Below are positions 37,958-50,560 of a stretch of 64,000 nt of DNA, piece after piece (the stretch's first letter is position 1; each line of letters begins with the position of its first letter). The stretch comes from Mobula hypostoma. Taxonomy: Eukaryota. A model generated the notes under the pieces. The model made no database searches. It was not told the origin of the DNA and saw nothing but the letters and a program-made list of their open reading frames with translations. Position numbers and translations under genes: made by a program. Where the stretch lies: contig NC_086108.1 in the NCBI RefSeq assembly GCF_963921235.1, forward strand, positions 60,142,001-60,206,000. Direction: 5' to 3'.

Positions 37958-40070
37958 ATATAGACCTTTGAAAGTAATTTACTACTTTGTAGTTAAGAAG
38001 TAGTGAATGAAATTTTTTTCTGATAATTTTAGAAATCTGCATTTAAGTCATAAAATTCATTGTAAATTAATTTTTATTTGTGGTGTAATTCATGGACAAC
38101 TTGTCACTTCTGGCACACCCGCAAGTTATGGGTCCTTTAACTCTGAACTAAACTTTACCACATTGACACCCTCTACTGGAAGGAGCTACAACATTTCCTA
38201 TGATCCAGGCCTTTGAATGCCTCCCTTTGTACATAGCCCTGCTCTACGTGAAACTTCATGAGCTGATGTGTAAGCAGGAGCAAGTAGTTTCAAGCTGGTA
38301 CACTGGGGAGAATGTAACCAGAATAATATGAACCAGGAAATGGGAAACTAGGAATGAAATGGCCTTCATCTCCCTGCCCATCATCATCCAGAACAAAGTT
38401 CACCAAAACATCCTCATAAATTCCTTCAAGTTTGCTCCCCATTGTTGGAGCAGATTCAATGACATTACCATCAGCAAGTTCTTCACCATCCATAGCCTGG
38501 CAGGAAACTGTTGGAGGAGTCAAATAAACATTGTCTACAAGAGCAGGTCAGATGTTAAGTAATTTGCAACAAATGATTCACCTCATGACACTCCTAACCA
38601 CTTATGATGGACAGGAGGTCATTGATGAAGCAGCTGAAGATGTTTAGGTTCAGGATATTGACCTGAGGAATTTCTGCAGTGATGTTCTATAGCTGAAGTA
38701 ATTAAGATCCAGCAACCATAACTAACTTCCCAGATGTAAGGTATATCTTCAAACTATAGAGTGTTGTTCCTTTCATAACTGTTAACTTCAGTAACATCAT
38801 GGTACCTTGAAGCCACACTAACTCAAATTGACTTGATATCTGTAATGTACCCACAAGGTTCATATTTTCTGTGGACTGTCACTTTAAAATGTCGGGAGAA
38901 TGAGACTGACTTTTGGACACTATTTGAGCTGCTCCAGAGAGGAGGGAGTGGAGTTATTTGATGGACAATCGATGTTATGGTTTCTCCGCAGCTTGTTTTG
39001 AATATACAAGGACACACAGACACACACAGTTAGAGTCAAGATGCATTCAGTCAATGGAAGACACCAGTGAGTCGATCGCTGGTTTAAGCTTTCAGTAGCC
39101 CAAAAAGGGTAAGTTGAGATCGATCCTGAGTATTGATAAATGACTGTCACAAGTTTTCTGCAACTAGAACAAGTTTGCAGGAAGAGAAGAGAGGACAGAT
39201 AAGTTTGAAACAGAAGAAGCCTGGTGACAAAGAGATCACTGTTTGGACTCAGTAGCCTGTGAGGGTCAGTTTGTTTCCATTCAACTACGAAAGTGTGATT
39301 GTCACTTAGTTAATCCACAGGAGTGGGTTCCCTAGTGAGGGGAAAACCTTTGTAAATAACATGTATGCATTTACCCTTTGTCTGGGTGTGGTAGTTCACG
39401 GAAGAAAGGCATCCCTGTGGCAAATCACTGTTGGAGTTATTTCCTATGTCATGGAATTGGATAAGTGGCTATCACATTGTTTGTCTGGGATAATCTTGTG
39501 GAATCTACCGGTGTGTCGACCCTTGCCTGGGTGCTGGTTCCCTTGAAGAGAGTCCCCTTTGTGATAAGCTACTGTTGGTGATAATCCATACGTGGATTCT
39601 GTTGGAGTATCCTGTGGCCACCACTTTGAGATGTCCCGTAGCTGAATTCGGGTGTGGTACCACTTGTGTTGAAAGGATATTCGTTGAAGATCACTGTCGG
39701 TGATATTTCGTGTGTGGATTGGAACAACTTTGGAGATAAAATCTACTACTATTGTTATTTTGTACTGCTGTCGTGGAATCTGTGGAATATCGATGTAATT
39801 GCCTTCTCACAACATTCGCCTTTGGATTACAAACATCTCACATTAACCAACCTTTGCATCTTAAGACCATATCAATTACCACCTAAGTTTGAAGAAGTTT
39901 GGGTTTTATATTTCCACACCTATATATGCATAAACTCTGCTAACCTGTTCAATTTTTCTAGTTATATGTTACTGTATTGCATAGTTACTAATAAGGTAGT
40001 GTTAGTTAACATCAAAGCAGACTCCAGGTGTGTTCCATTTCTGCTAGTTCTTTAACCCGTTATGAGGTAC

Positions 40071-43000
40071 TTTAAACTAGAATGGTTGGGGGGTGGGAAT
40101 CAAATTAAAGAGGCTAGGTGTGAGGAGGTTAGTTCACAACAGAGGGATGGGAACCAGTGCAGAGAGACAGTGGGGTGTAAAGTGAGCATAGAAGCAAAAA
40201 GTACAAAGGGGAAAAGTAAAAGTGGCAGGCCGACAAATCCAGGGCAAGCATTAAAAAGGGCTAAGAGAGTTGTAAAAGAGCGCCTGAAGGCTTTATGTGT
40301 CAATGCAAGGAGCATTCGTAATAAGGTGGATGAATTGAAAGTGCAGATTGTTATTAATGATTATGATATAGTTGGGATCACAGAGACATGGCTCCAGGGT
40401 GACCAGGGATGGGAGCTCAACGTTCAGGGATATTCAATATTCAGGAGGGATAGACATGAAGGAAGGGGAGGTGGGGTGGCGTTGCTGGTTAAAAAAGAGA
40501 TTAACGCAATAGAAAGGAAGGACATAAGCCGGGAAGATGTGGAATCGATATGAGTAGAGCTGCGTAACACTAAGGGGCAGAAGACGCTGGTGGGAGTTGT
40601 GTACAGGCCACCTAACAGTAGTAGTGAAGTCGGAGATGGTATTAAACAGGAAATTAGAAATGTGTGCAATAAAGGAACAGCAGTTATAATGGGTGACTTC
40701 AATCTACATGTAGATTGGGTGAACCAAATTGGTAAAGGTGCTGAGGAAGAGGATTTCTTGGAATGTATGCGGGATGGTTTTTTGAACCAACATGTCGAGG
40801 AACCAACTAGAGAGCAGGCTATTCTGGACTGGGTTTTGAGCAATGAGGAAGGGTTAATTAGCAATCTTGTCGTGAGAGGCCCCTTGGGTAAGAGTGACCA
40901 TAATATGGTGGAATTCTTCATTAACATGGAGAGTGACATAGCTAATTCAGAAACAAAGGTTCTGAACTTAAAGAGGGGTAACTTTGAAGGTATGAGTCGT
41001 GAATTAGCTAAGATAGACTGGCAAATGACACTTAAAGGATTGACGGTGGATATGCAATGGCAGGCATTTAAAGGTTGCATGGATGAACTACAACAATTGT
41101 TCATCCCAGTTTGGCAAAAGAATAAATCAAGGAAGGTAGTGCACCCGTGGCTGACAAGAGAAATTAGGGATAGTATCAATTCCAAAGAAGTAGCATACAA
41201 ATTAGCCAGAGAAAGTGGCTCACCTGAGGACTGGGAGAAATTCAGAGTTCAGCAGAGGAGGACAAAGGGCTTAATTAGGAAGGGGAAAAAAGATTATGAG
41301 AGAAAACTGGCAGAGAACATAAAAACGGACTGTAAAAGCTTTTATAGATATGTAAAAAGGAAAAGACTGATAAAGACAAATGTAGGTCCCCTGCAGACAG
41401 AAACAGGTGAATTGATTATGGGGAGCAAGGACATGGCAGACCAATTGAATAATTACTTTGGTTCTGTCTTCACTAAGGAGGACATAAATAATCTTCCAGA
41501 AATAGTAAGGGACAGAGGGTCCAGTGAGATGGAGGAACTGAGTGAAATACATGTTAGTAGGGAAGTGGTGTTAGGTAAATTGAAGGGATTGAAGGCAGAT
41601 AAATCCCCAGGGCCAGATGGTCTGCATCCCAGAGTGCTTAAGGAAGTAGCCCAAGAAATAGTGGATGCATTAGTGATAATTTTTCAAAACTCGTTAGATT
41701 CTGGACTAGTTCCTGAGGATTGGAGGGTGGCTAATGTAACCCCACTTTTTAAAAAAGGAGGGAGAGAGAAACCGGGGAATTATAGGCCCGTTAGCCTAAC
41801 GTCGGTGGTGGGGAAACTGCTGGAGTCAGTTATCAAGGATGTGATAACAGCACATTTGGAAAGCGGTGAAATGATCGGACAAAGTCAGCATGGATTTGTG
41901 AAAGGAAAATCATGTCTGACGAATCTCATAGAATTTTTTGAGGATGTAACTAGTAGAGTGGATAGGGGAGAACCAGTGGATGTGGTATATTTGGATTTTC
42001 AAAAGGCTTTTGACAAGGTCCCACACAGGAGATTAGTGTGCAAACTTAAAGCACACGGTATTGGGGGTAAGGTATTGGTGTGCGTGGAGAATTGGTTAGC
42101 AGACAGGAAGCAAAGAGTGGGAATAAACGGGACCTTTTCAGAATGGCAGGCGGTGACTAGTGGGGTACCGCAAGGCTCAGTGCTGGGACCCCAGTTGTTT
42201 ACAATATATATTAATGACTTGGATGAGGGAATTAAATGCAGCATCTCCAAGTTTGCGGATGACACGAAGCTGGGTGGCAGTGTTAGCAGTGAGGAGGATG
42301 CTAAGAGGATGCAGGGTGACTTGGATAGGTTGGGTGAGTGGGCAAACTCATGGCAGATGCAATTTAATGTGGATAAATGTGAAGTTATCCACTTTGGTGG
42401 CAAAAATAGGAAAACAGATTATTATCTGAATGGTGGCCGATTAGGAAAAGGGGAGGTGCAATGAGACCTGGGTGTCATTATACACCAGTCATTGAAAGTG
42501 GGCATGCAGGTACAGCAGGCGGTGAAAAAGGCGAACGGTATGCTGGCATTTATAGCGAGAGGATTCGAGTACAGGAGCAGGGAGGTACTACTGCAGTTGT
42601 ACAAGGCCTTGGTGAGACCACACCTGGAGTATTGTGTGCAGTTTTGGTCCCCTAATCTGAGGAAAGACATCTTTGCCATAGAGGGAGTACAAAGAAGGTT
42701 CACCAGATTGATTCCTGGGATGGCAGGTCTTTCATATGAAGAAAGACTGGATGAACTGGGCTTGTACTCGTTGGAATTTAGAAGATTGAGGGGGGATCTG
42801 ATTGAAACGTATAAGATCCTAAAGGGATTGGACAGGCTAGATGCGGGAAGATTGTTCCCGATGTTGGGGAGGTTCAGAACGAGGGGTCACAGTTTGAGGA
42901 TAGAGGGGAAGCCTTTTAGGACCGAGATTAGGAAAAACTTCTTCACACAGAGAGTGGTGAATCTGTGGAATTCTCTGCCACAGCAAACTGTTGAGGCCAG

Positions 43001-43085
43001 TTCATTAGCTATGTTTAAAAGGAAGTTAGATATGGCCCTTGTGGCTACAGGGGTCAGGGGGTATGGAGGGAAGGCTGGGTTCTGA
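40071..43085 (+). pseudogene. CR1 ORF2 with two in-frame TGA stops (40551-40553, 42462-42464)
   Basis: ORFs 40062-40553, 40590-42464 and 42492-43085 share one frame; the sister copy has CGG (Arg) at the second stop. Confidence 0.92.
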
Positions 43086-43183
43086 GTTGGATGATCAGCC
43101 ATGATCATAATAAATGGCGGTGCAGGCTCGAAGGGCCGAATGGCCTACTCCTGCACCTATTTTCTATGTTTCTATGTTTCTAT
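40071..43183 (+). mobile_element. Young CR1 LINE, ORF2 nearly complete, ORF1 missing
   Basis: APE 'LCVNARSIRNK', 'GITETWL', 'GVVYRPPN', 'MGDFN', 'SDHN'; full RT; (tttctatg)n tail. Confidence 0.97.
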
Positions 43184-44407
43184 AACAATATCGAGGACAG
43201 TGATTATCCTTTCATTTCTGGAATTCAGTTCCAAGGTTCATGTCTGGACATCTACTGTAATAAGATCAAAAGTTGAGCTGTCTTGGCAATGCCCAAACTA
43301 GACATTGATGATCAGGTTATTGGTGAGAAAGTACCACTCATGCCACTGTCATAAAACTTCCCATCACTTTGCTGATGAATGAAATGAGATTACAGTATAC
43401 AGTGAATAGTTGGATTTGATTAGTCCTGCTTTTTACAGACAAAATGTCCTGCACAATTTTTAAACATTATCATTTAGGTGCCTTGCAACAGTACCAAAAC
43501 AACTTAGCTTGAATTATGGCTTGTTCTGAAGCATAGCTGTTTTAGCTGGGATATTATCTGGTTCCATTGCCTTTTCTGTAAACATTGCTCTCAGCTGTTT
43601 ATAATACCATGTAATATTAGCTGAAGATTTGCTTTGGCAATAGCGGGAGCATTGGAGGAAGCCAAAATGAATTATCCACCCAGCAAATTCAGCAGATTGA
43701 GATTGTAGGTACATATCTTTCTCTTTAATTTTCGCACACTGGACCCAGCCATTATTATGGATGAGGATATCCTTGAAACCTCTTCCACTTTTTAGTTGTT
43801 ATGATTCAGAGTTAAATGAGGGAACACTGACAAACTTTGATCAGCTTTGTTAGCCATGAGATGAATTAGCTCAGTCTATTGCACACTATTTTTGTTTCTT
43901 GGTATGAAAGTAGTCCCATGTTGTAGCTTTACTATATTGGTACTTCATTTTAAGTCTGGCTGGTGTTGCTCCCAGGTTGTCCCTCAGCATTCCTCATTGA
44001 TCTTGAATTGTTTCCTTGTTTGGTGGCAATGATAGAGTGAAGGGAGTGTACACCCAGCAGGTGACTCACTGTGAAGTTGTGCATTTCTGCTGCTGTTGAT
44101 GGTCCGTTGTCCATTAGAGATGTTTAAGCTGATGTATCTGCTCTTAGATAAATAATAACTCTTGTTTCTCTCTTCACAATTGCTGTCTGACCTGTTTGAA
44201 ATGTATGAATCTATTTCTTTTAGAGCAATGACCTCCCACCCCATCAGCACTACGTATTGATTTGTTGTCTGTGCATGCCCTGTTCTCTACGCATGCACAT
44301 TGCTTGCTCTCTCGCTCCCTCACTGCGATGTGAATACACCAGTTAAAGCCATCTCCATAGTCTATGCTTTTATTTAGTAAATATGTAGTTGTGCAGACAC
44401 AACAAAT

Positions 44408-44421
44408 TGGCGACGAGTATG
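44408..44421 (+). promoter_or_regulatory. Primer-binding site, probably tRNA-Ser(GCU)
   Basis: tggcgacgagtatg three bases after the LTR's terminal CA; one mismatch to the recalled complement (tggcgacgaggatg) of the tRNA-Ser(GCU) 3' end. Confidence 0.78.
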
Positions 44422-46228
44422 AACCTGAATGTCAGAAAATATCATGAACTGCACTGACGTTTACAGGACAATTATGGGACAAACAGCGAGAGTTAAATAG
44501 TATAGAGAAGGCTGTCATGAAGGCTAACAAAGGCATGAGTACAGTGCTTAGTAACAGCGAAAATCACACTGAAGTTAAAGTGAAAATAATGTGGCGGTGA
44601 CTTCAGTTGGGAAAGATGATGAATTTGATAGTCCTAATAAAGGCTGGGAGTCATATATTGAGAGAGAAGAACGATATTGTAACAAGAAGAATGTGGAGGA
44701 GCAAAAGAGAGCCCCTACACTTCTTGGCTTAATGGGTCCAAGAATGCACATATACCCCTTAAAAGCCAGCAAGTAAGATGTTCGACAAAATTGTTAAAAT
44801 TTTACAAAAATCACTTGAGCCCTAAACCACTGGTAATAGCTGAGAGTTTAGATTTTACAAAAGGAACCAGTCAAAAGAGGAATGCATTTCAGAATACATT
44901 GCAGAACTGCACAAAGTTTCCCAGTATTGTGATTTTAGAGGTGGACCTTCTGATGCATTAAGGGATAGGCTTGTATGTGGCATACAAGCTCAAAAGAGGC
45001 TATTGTTCAAAAGAGACCTAACCTTAGAACAGGCATTGACTGTTGCAATATCATTAGAGACTGCAGCAAAGAACTATAGAAAAGGAGGTTAGAATGTGAA
45101 ATGCATAAAATGACCCTGAATGGTGCAAAAAGCCAAACTTATTATCGATGTCGCAACTCCTCCCATGATGCAGATGATTATTGGTTCAAAGAAAAAGTCT
45201 GCAGATAGTGTCACAGACAAGGTCACATACAGAGAATGTTCAAGGCAAACGAAAAACACAACCGAGTGAAAAGTCGCAAACACAAAACTAAGCAAATGCA
45301 TAAAGTTACCGAATTTAAAACAGAATCAGACTATATAGAGTCTGAAAAGGCTGAACTGTCATGCCTAGAACTGCGTAGTATAACTGAGGCAAATCACAAA
45401 ATCAACTGGATCACTAGATGCGTCTGGTGTAAAACTGAAAATGGAGCTGGATACATGGTCAGTTTTGTTCATAATTCCAGAGACTAACTACTACTGTCTG
45501 TTTTCTCAGATACCATTAAAGAAGACCTCAGTGATGCTGAAGGCTTACACAGGTGAAAAAGTGGCTCCCAAAGGCAAACTGAAAGTAACTGTGATCTGGG
45601 AAGGCCAAACACAACAGTTAGAACATTATGTATTGAAAAGTGAAGGGCCAGCACTTTTCAGATGTGAATGGTTGAGAAAAATCCAACTAGACCCGCTCTC
45701 ATTCAAATCTCTCAATGTGGCATCAACAGGCAATGGCAGCCCAAATGGTAACATTAATCGGAGACTGTCACAGCTGCTTAACGTTAATGAGAAGGTGTTT
45801 GAGAAAGGGATTGGCAAACTCAAAGGCATGAAGGCTAGAATTGCAACACCAAGATTCCGTAAAGCGCATCCAGTGCCTTCTGCACTACGTCCTAAAGTGA
45901 TGTTGAATTGCAGAGCTTGGAGGCATCTGGATTTCTCTCAGATTAAGTGGAGTGACTGAGCCATGCCCATTGTTCTGGTGATCAAGGAAGGAAAGGCCCG
46001 GAGCTGTTCACATATGCTGAAATTTCAACATGAGCATCACCCTGGTGCTGCATACTGTGCAGTATCCCCTGCCCCAAATAGACGACAGTTTTGCATCTTT
46101 GGCAGGTGGGGAAAGGTTTTCAAAGATTGACTTGTCACAAGCCTATCTGGAAATGGAGATTGAGGAGTCAAGCAGGAAGTTCCTCACAATCAACACTCAC
46201 AAGGGACTGTTCCAGTATAATAGTCTTA

Positions 46229-46911
46229 GATTAGATTATATTATGAGGACATTCAGTCCTCGTCTATTGTCATTTAGAAATGCACGCATTAAAAAATGAT
46301 AAAGCATTCCTCCAGAATGATATCACAAGAAAACACAGGACAAACTAAGAGTAAAACTTACAAAACCACATGATTATAACATACAGTTACAACAGTGCAA
46401 AGCAAAACCATAATTTGATAAAGAGCAGACCATGGGCATGGTAAAAAAAAGTCTCAAAGTCCCGATAGCCTCATCATCTCACGCAGGCGGTAGAAAGGAG
46501 AAACTCTCCCCGCCATGAACCTCCAAGCGCCTCAAACTTGCTGATGCAGAACCATTGGAAGCACCTGACCACTGCGGACTCTGAGTCCGTCCGAAAACTT
46601 CGAGCTTCCTACCAGCCCCTCCAACACAGCCTCTCTGAGCACCATCCTCTGCCAAGAGCTTCAACCCCACCCCAGCTGCCGAGCAACAAGCAAAGCCGAG
46701 GACTTGGGGCCTTCCCCTCCGGAGATTCTGGACCATACAGTAACAGCAGCAGCGAAGCAGGCTTTTCAGAAGTTTCATCAGATGTTCCTCTGTGCTGTCA
46801 CGTCTGTCTCCATCAAATCAGGATTGTGCACAGCACCCCTACCTGACAAATAACAGACATCACCACTGGAGTGGCCGCTGCCAGCTGCGTCGCGCTGCCA
46901 TCTTCTCCTCC
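46229..46911 (-). mobile_element. Non-autonomous LINE-derived element, copy 2, inserted in Gypsy RT
   Basis: Interrupts 'GLFQYNSL|IFGIASAP'; 'agtctta' on both sides (TSD); (taatc)n tail. Confidence 0.9.
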
Positions 46912-49227
46912 CTAAAGTCTTATCTTTGGCATCGCATCAGCTCCAGCAGTTTGGCAAAGAGCAATGGACCAAGTGATCCAAGATATCCCAGGAACACAAT
47001 GTTACCTTGATGACATCATCCTGACTGGCAAAAATGATGAAAAGCACCTCCTGAAACTCAATAAAGTGCTTACCAGGCTGAGTGAGTATGGTCTGCATGC
47101 AAAGAGAGAAAAATGTGAGTTTTTCAAGAAGGAAATCTGATATTGTGGACATGCATTGACAAGCAGGGCTTACATAAGTCACAATGGAAGATTGAAGCAG
47201 TGCTACAGCCACCCAAATCAGAAAATATGTCACAACTCAGGTCATTCTTGAGCTTTGTAAACGACTATCATCTTTTTTTCCCAAACATTGCTACAGTGAC
47301 TGCACTGTACAGACAGGAGCAAAGTGGGAATGGTCAGAAAGATGTAAAAGAGCATTCAAGGAAGCAAAGAGACTAATAACATCCAATGAACTGCTCACCC
47401 ATTATGATGCATCCCTGCCCATCAGACTGGTATACGAAGTGTTCCCTTATGGCATTGGAGCCATTGTGTCACACATTATGAAAGATGGATCTGAACGCCT
47501 GATTGCATTTGCTTCAAGATCACTGATGAGCACAGAATGCAACTACATGCAGATTGACTGAGAGGCCCTTAATCTAGTATGGGAAATGAAGAAGTTTCTT
47601 CACTACCTCTACGGACACCAGCCCCTTGTGTACATTTTCAATCCCAGGGAGGGAATTCCAGTGATGACTGCTGCCCTAGGAGCCCACTCTTATGACATAG
47701 AGTTCAAGGGTATCAAACAACACAGCAATGCTGATGTCTTGTCATGCCTTCCACTACTGACAACTAAAGAAGAAAAGTCTTCATATTGTGACCCAGCAGA
47801 AGTGGTCCACACTGCACTGGTGGACCAGTTCTTGGTAACAAATTCTAAAATACAAACAGAAACAAGGAACGTCCCAACATTGTCAAGAGTCTATGAAATC
47901 AACATGCAAGGATGGCCTGCCAATGGTAACCTAATGTTATCAGATTTCTCGGCGAGACCAACTGTTGCTATGTCAAAGAACGCTGATGTATGGATCTCAT
48001 GTTGAGGTTCCCAGAATGACGGAAAATCTGCATGAAAGACACTTGGTTACGGTCAAGCTGAAGAGTCTCACCCAGAGCTATGTGTGGTGGCCGGGAATAG
48101 ATAATCAGATTGAAGACTTGTCCAGCTGTTCAGGATGCCAAAAAGTTCAAAATGCATCCTCATAGGCATCGTCATACCCATGGAAGTGACCATCATCACC
48201 ATCGCAAAGAGTACATATTGACTTTGCTGGGTCATTCATGGACTACATGTTCCTGATTGCTATGAATGCTCATTTGAAGTGGCCAGAGGTTATACCATGT
48301 AGTCAACCAGCTCAGAAAAGACTGTTTCCGTTCTAAGAACTACCTTCACCAGCAATGTCTTACCCAAGCAACTTGTGAGTGACAATGGACCACAATTCAC
48401 GTCGGAAGAAAATCCAACTGTTCTTGAAGAAAAATGGCATCAGATATTTCAGGTCAGCTCCTCACCACCCAGCAGCAAATAGGTTAGCTGAAACGAATGG
48501 GTTATCCAAATCTCAAAAAGTCAATTAAAGCGATGGACAAGGTGGACATTTCTTTACAGCACAAGATAGACCACTTCCTTTATGTGTATTGGAATTTTGA
48601 TCACGCAACGACAATTCACAGATCAGTATTGCTGCTCATGAACAGGAATCTGTGACCTCGCATAGACTTCCTGAAACCAGACCTCTGGAAGGAAATACAG
48701 AATAAACAGTTCAACCAGTTGCCAAGTGAATCAGCAAGGAACTTCGGAATTCGACCAGAAGTCCTAGTGCGTGATTACCAAGAAGACAAGTAGGCCCTCA
48801 GTAGGATAGCTACAAGAAATGGACCACTGATGTACACAGTGGATGTTGGAGATCAGACATGGAGACGTCATGTGGACCAGCTACTGGATGCTCAACCGAA
48901 GAACACACCGGAGCCAATTGCATCCAACAAGACGGACACTTCACAGCCACCGGACTGTTCTCTTTGTGATGATCATGTTACTGACAGTAATGTGACACCG
49001 GAAACCGAGAACGTTGTCTTAGACAAGACACCTACCAAACCTGATACCACTCAACAAGCCAAGAGGCACTATCGAAAAAGAAACAGAGCACCACCAAAAG
49101 ACTGAACCTTTAGAGCTGTTAAGTTAGTTATGGACTGTTATTATGAAAGCACGTTTATTTGGAATATGGATTTATGAAAGGGAAATTGAATGCTTTGTAC
49201 ATATGCAGCATTATGTTGCATTAATCT

Positions 49228-49241
49228 AAAAGGGGAGGAAG
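49228..49241 (+). promoter_or_regulatory. Polypurine tract of the Gypsy element
   Basis: aaaaggggaggaag immediately before the 3' LTR TG. Confidence 0.85.
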
Positions 49242-49317
49242 TGTAATCTATGAATCTATTTCTTTTAGCACAATGACCCACCCTCCCCGCCCCCCGCCTT
49301 AGCACTACGTATTGATC

Positions 49318-49682
49318 TATGCGGAAAGTTTGAAGTTAATAATTCATCAGTTAATAACTCATCAGGGGTGATTGATAAGTTTGTGGCTTAAGGTAGAAGG
49401 AGATGAGTTATTAACTTCAAACTTTCTGCATCATCACTCAAAGAGCTGAACTGCATATGCATGTTACGAGAGCTGTACAACTCATCTCCTTCTGCCTTAG
49501 GCCACGAACTTACCAATCACCCCTGCTGTAGACACTTTCTGGAGGTCCAAGATCCATATGCTCCACAACCGCTGGACTAAGTGTGTAAATGTAAGAGCGG
49601 ACTATGTTGAAAAATAAATGTGCTAGGTTTTCTAAAATTGACTCCTTCTACATTAGGCCATGAACTTATCAGTCACCCCTCG
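49318..49682. mobile_element. Tc1/mariner-type MITE with internal TIR copies; left end missing
   Basis: Right end 'aacttatcagtcacccctcg' followed by TA; TIR-like 'aggggtgattgataagtttgtggc' near 49365 and an inverted internal copy near 49500-49525. Confidence 0.75.
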
Positions 49683-49844
49683 TACATCAGGTTTGATTAT
49701 ACTGTAGGACTCCTGTGTATGATATCAATCTCAAACTGTTTTTGAGGGGAATTTGTAAAGTCACCTGAGCAGAAAATGGCTTTGCCTTGTCTAAATCAAG
49801 TGTATGGTATGTTTGATGTGTTACTTTCCCAGCCCTGGTGAGAT

Positions 49845-50000
49845 CATTGAACTTCTTGTCACACTCTCTGCAACTCTGACATTGAGTGAGCTTGCTCATG
49901 GAGGCAGTGCTATCTGCCTCAAATCAACAGGAGTGGACATGCTGGCTACACACAGGAAACAATGCTTCCTCCTTTCAGTCTCAAGCTGAAGGCTTGGAGA
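49845..50000 (-). pseudogene. Myb/SANT-like (Harbinger ORF2-type) relic
   Basis: Antisense 'EEALFP' and 'ECDKKFNDLTRAGK' followed by GT; resembles the 'LFP...QCRKKFNDL' motif. Confidence 0.45.
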
Positions 50001-50024
50001 TCTGCATCACGGTTCAGTCTTCCG

Positions 50025-50560
50025 AATACACTCAGGTTGGAGGAACAACACCTTATATTCCATCTGGGTAGCCTCCAACCTGATGGCATGAACATTGACT
50101 CCTCTAACTTCCGTTAATGCCCCTCCTCATGTTCTTACCCCATTCCTTATTTATTTATTTGTTTGTTTGTTTATTTCCTTTTTTTCTCTCTCTGTCCCTC
50201 TCACAATAACTCCTTGCCTGCTCTCCATCTTCCTCTGGTGCTCCCCTCCCCCTTTCTTTCTCCCTAGTCCTCCCGTCCCATGATCCTCTCCCTTCTCCAA
50301 CTTTGTATCCCTTTTGCCAATCAACTTTCCAGCTCTTGGCTCCATCTCTCCCTCTCCTGTCTTCTCCTATCATTTCGGATCTCCCCCTCTCCCTCCCACT
50401 TTCAAATCTCTTACTACCTCTTCTTTCGGTTAGTCCTGACGAAGGGTCTCGGCCTGAAACGTTGACTGGGCTTCTTCCTATAGATGCTGCCTGGCCTGCT
50501 GCATTCCACCAGCATTTTGTGTGTGTTGCTTGAATTTCCAGCATCTGCAGATTTCCTTAT
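50025..50560 (+). mobile_element. Penelope-like element 3' region
   Basis: 'LRLEEQHLIFHLGSLQPDGMNIDSSNFR*' (GIY-YIG C-terminus), CT-rich tract, hammerhead, tail 'gaatttccagcatctgcagatttcc'. Confidence 0.88.
50432..50467 (+). ncRNA. Minimal type-I hammerhead ribozyme motif (GUU triplet)
   Basis: agtc CTGACGA a gggtc tc ggcct GAAAC GTT gact. Confidence 0.77.

Larger units (their letters stand above)
38841..43187 (+). mobile_element. Solo LTR (~1.24 kb: 38841-40070 plus the last few bases to 43187), interrupted by CR1
   Basis: Starts tgtaatg, ends taaca; 5-bp TSD atatc (38836-38840, 43188-43192); 'aataa' near 39990. Confidence 0.8.
38570..44150 (-). mobile_element. Old LINE (RTE-X/L2-like RT), split by LTR + CR1 insertion
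   Basis: Antisense 'ITAEIPQ..L.LNIFSCFINDL' (~38615-38685); 'KAMEPDNIPA' (~43550-43575); the halves meet at the atatc TSD. Confidence 0.6.
44197..49317 (+). mobile_element. Decayed Ty3/Gypsy LTR retrotransposon (gag-PR-RT-RH-IN)
   Basis: 5' LTR 44197-44404; gag with CCHC remnant (~45140-45240); protease 'MELDT'; RT 'FSKIDLSQAYL', 'CYLDDII'; integrase 'QSYVWWPGID..C..CQ', 'RVHIDFAG', 'VSDNGPQF'; 3' LTR starts 49242 and is truncated. Confidence 0.94.

Noticed and set aside
40424..41200. 258-aa minus-strand ORF (and 41999-42403, 27575-27979)
   Set aside because: Antisense shadows of CR1 ORF2.
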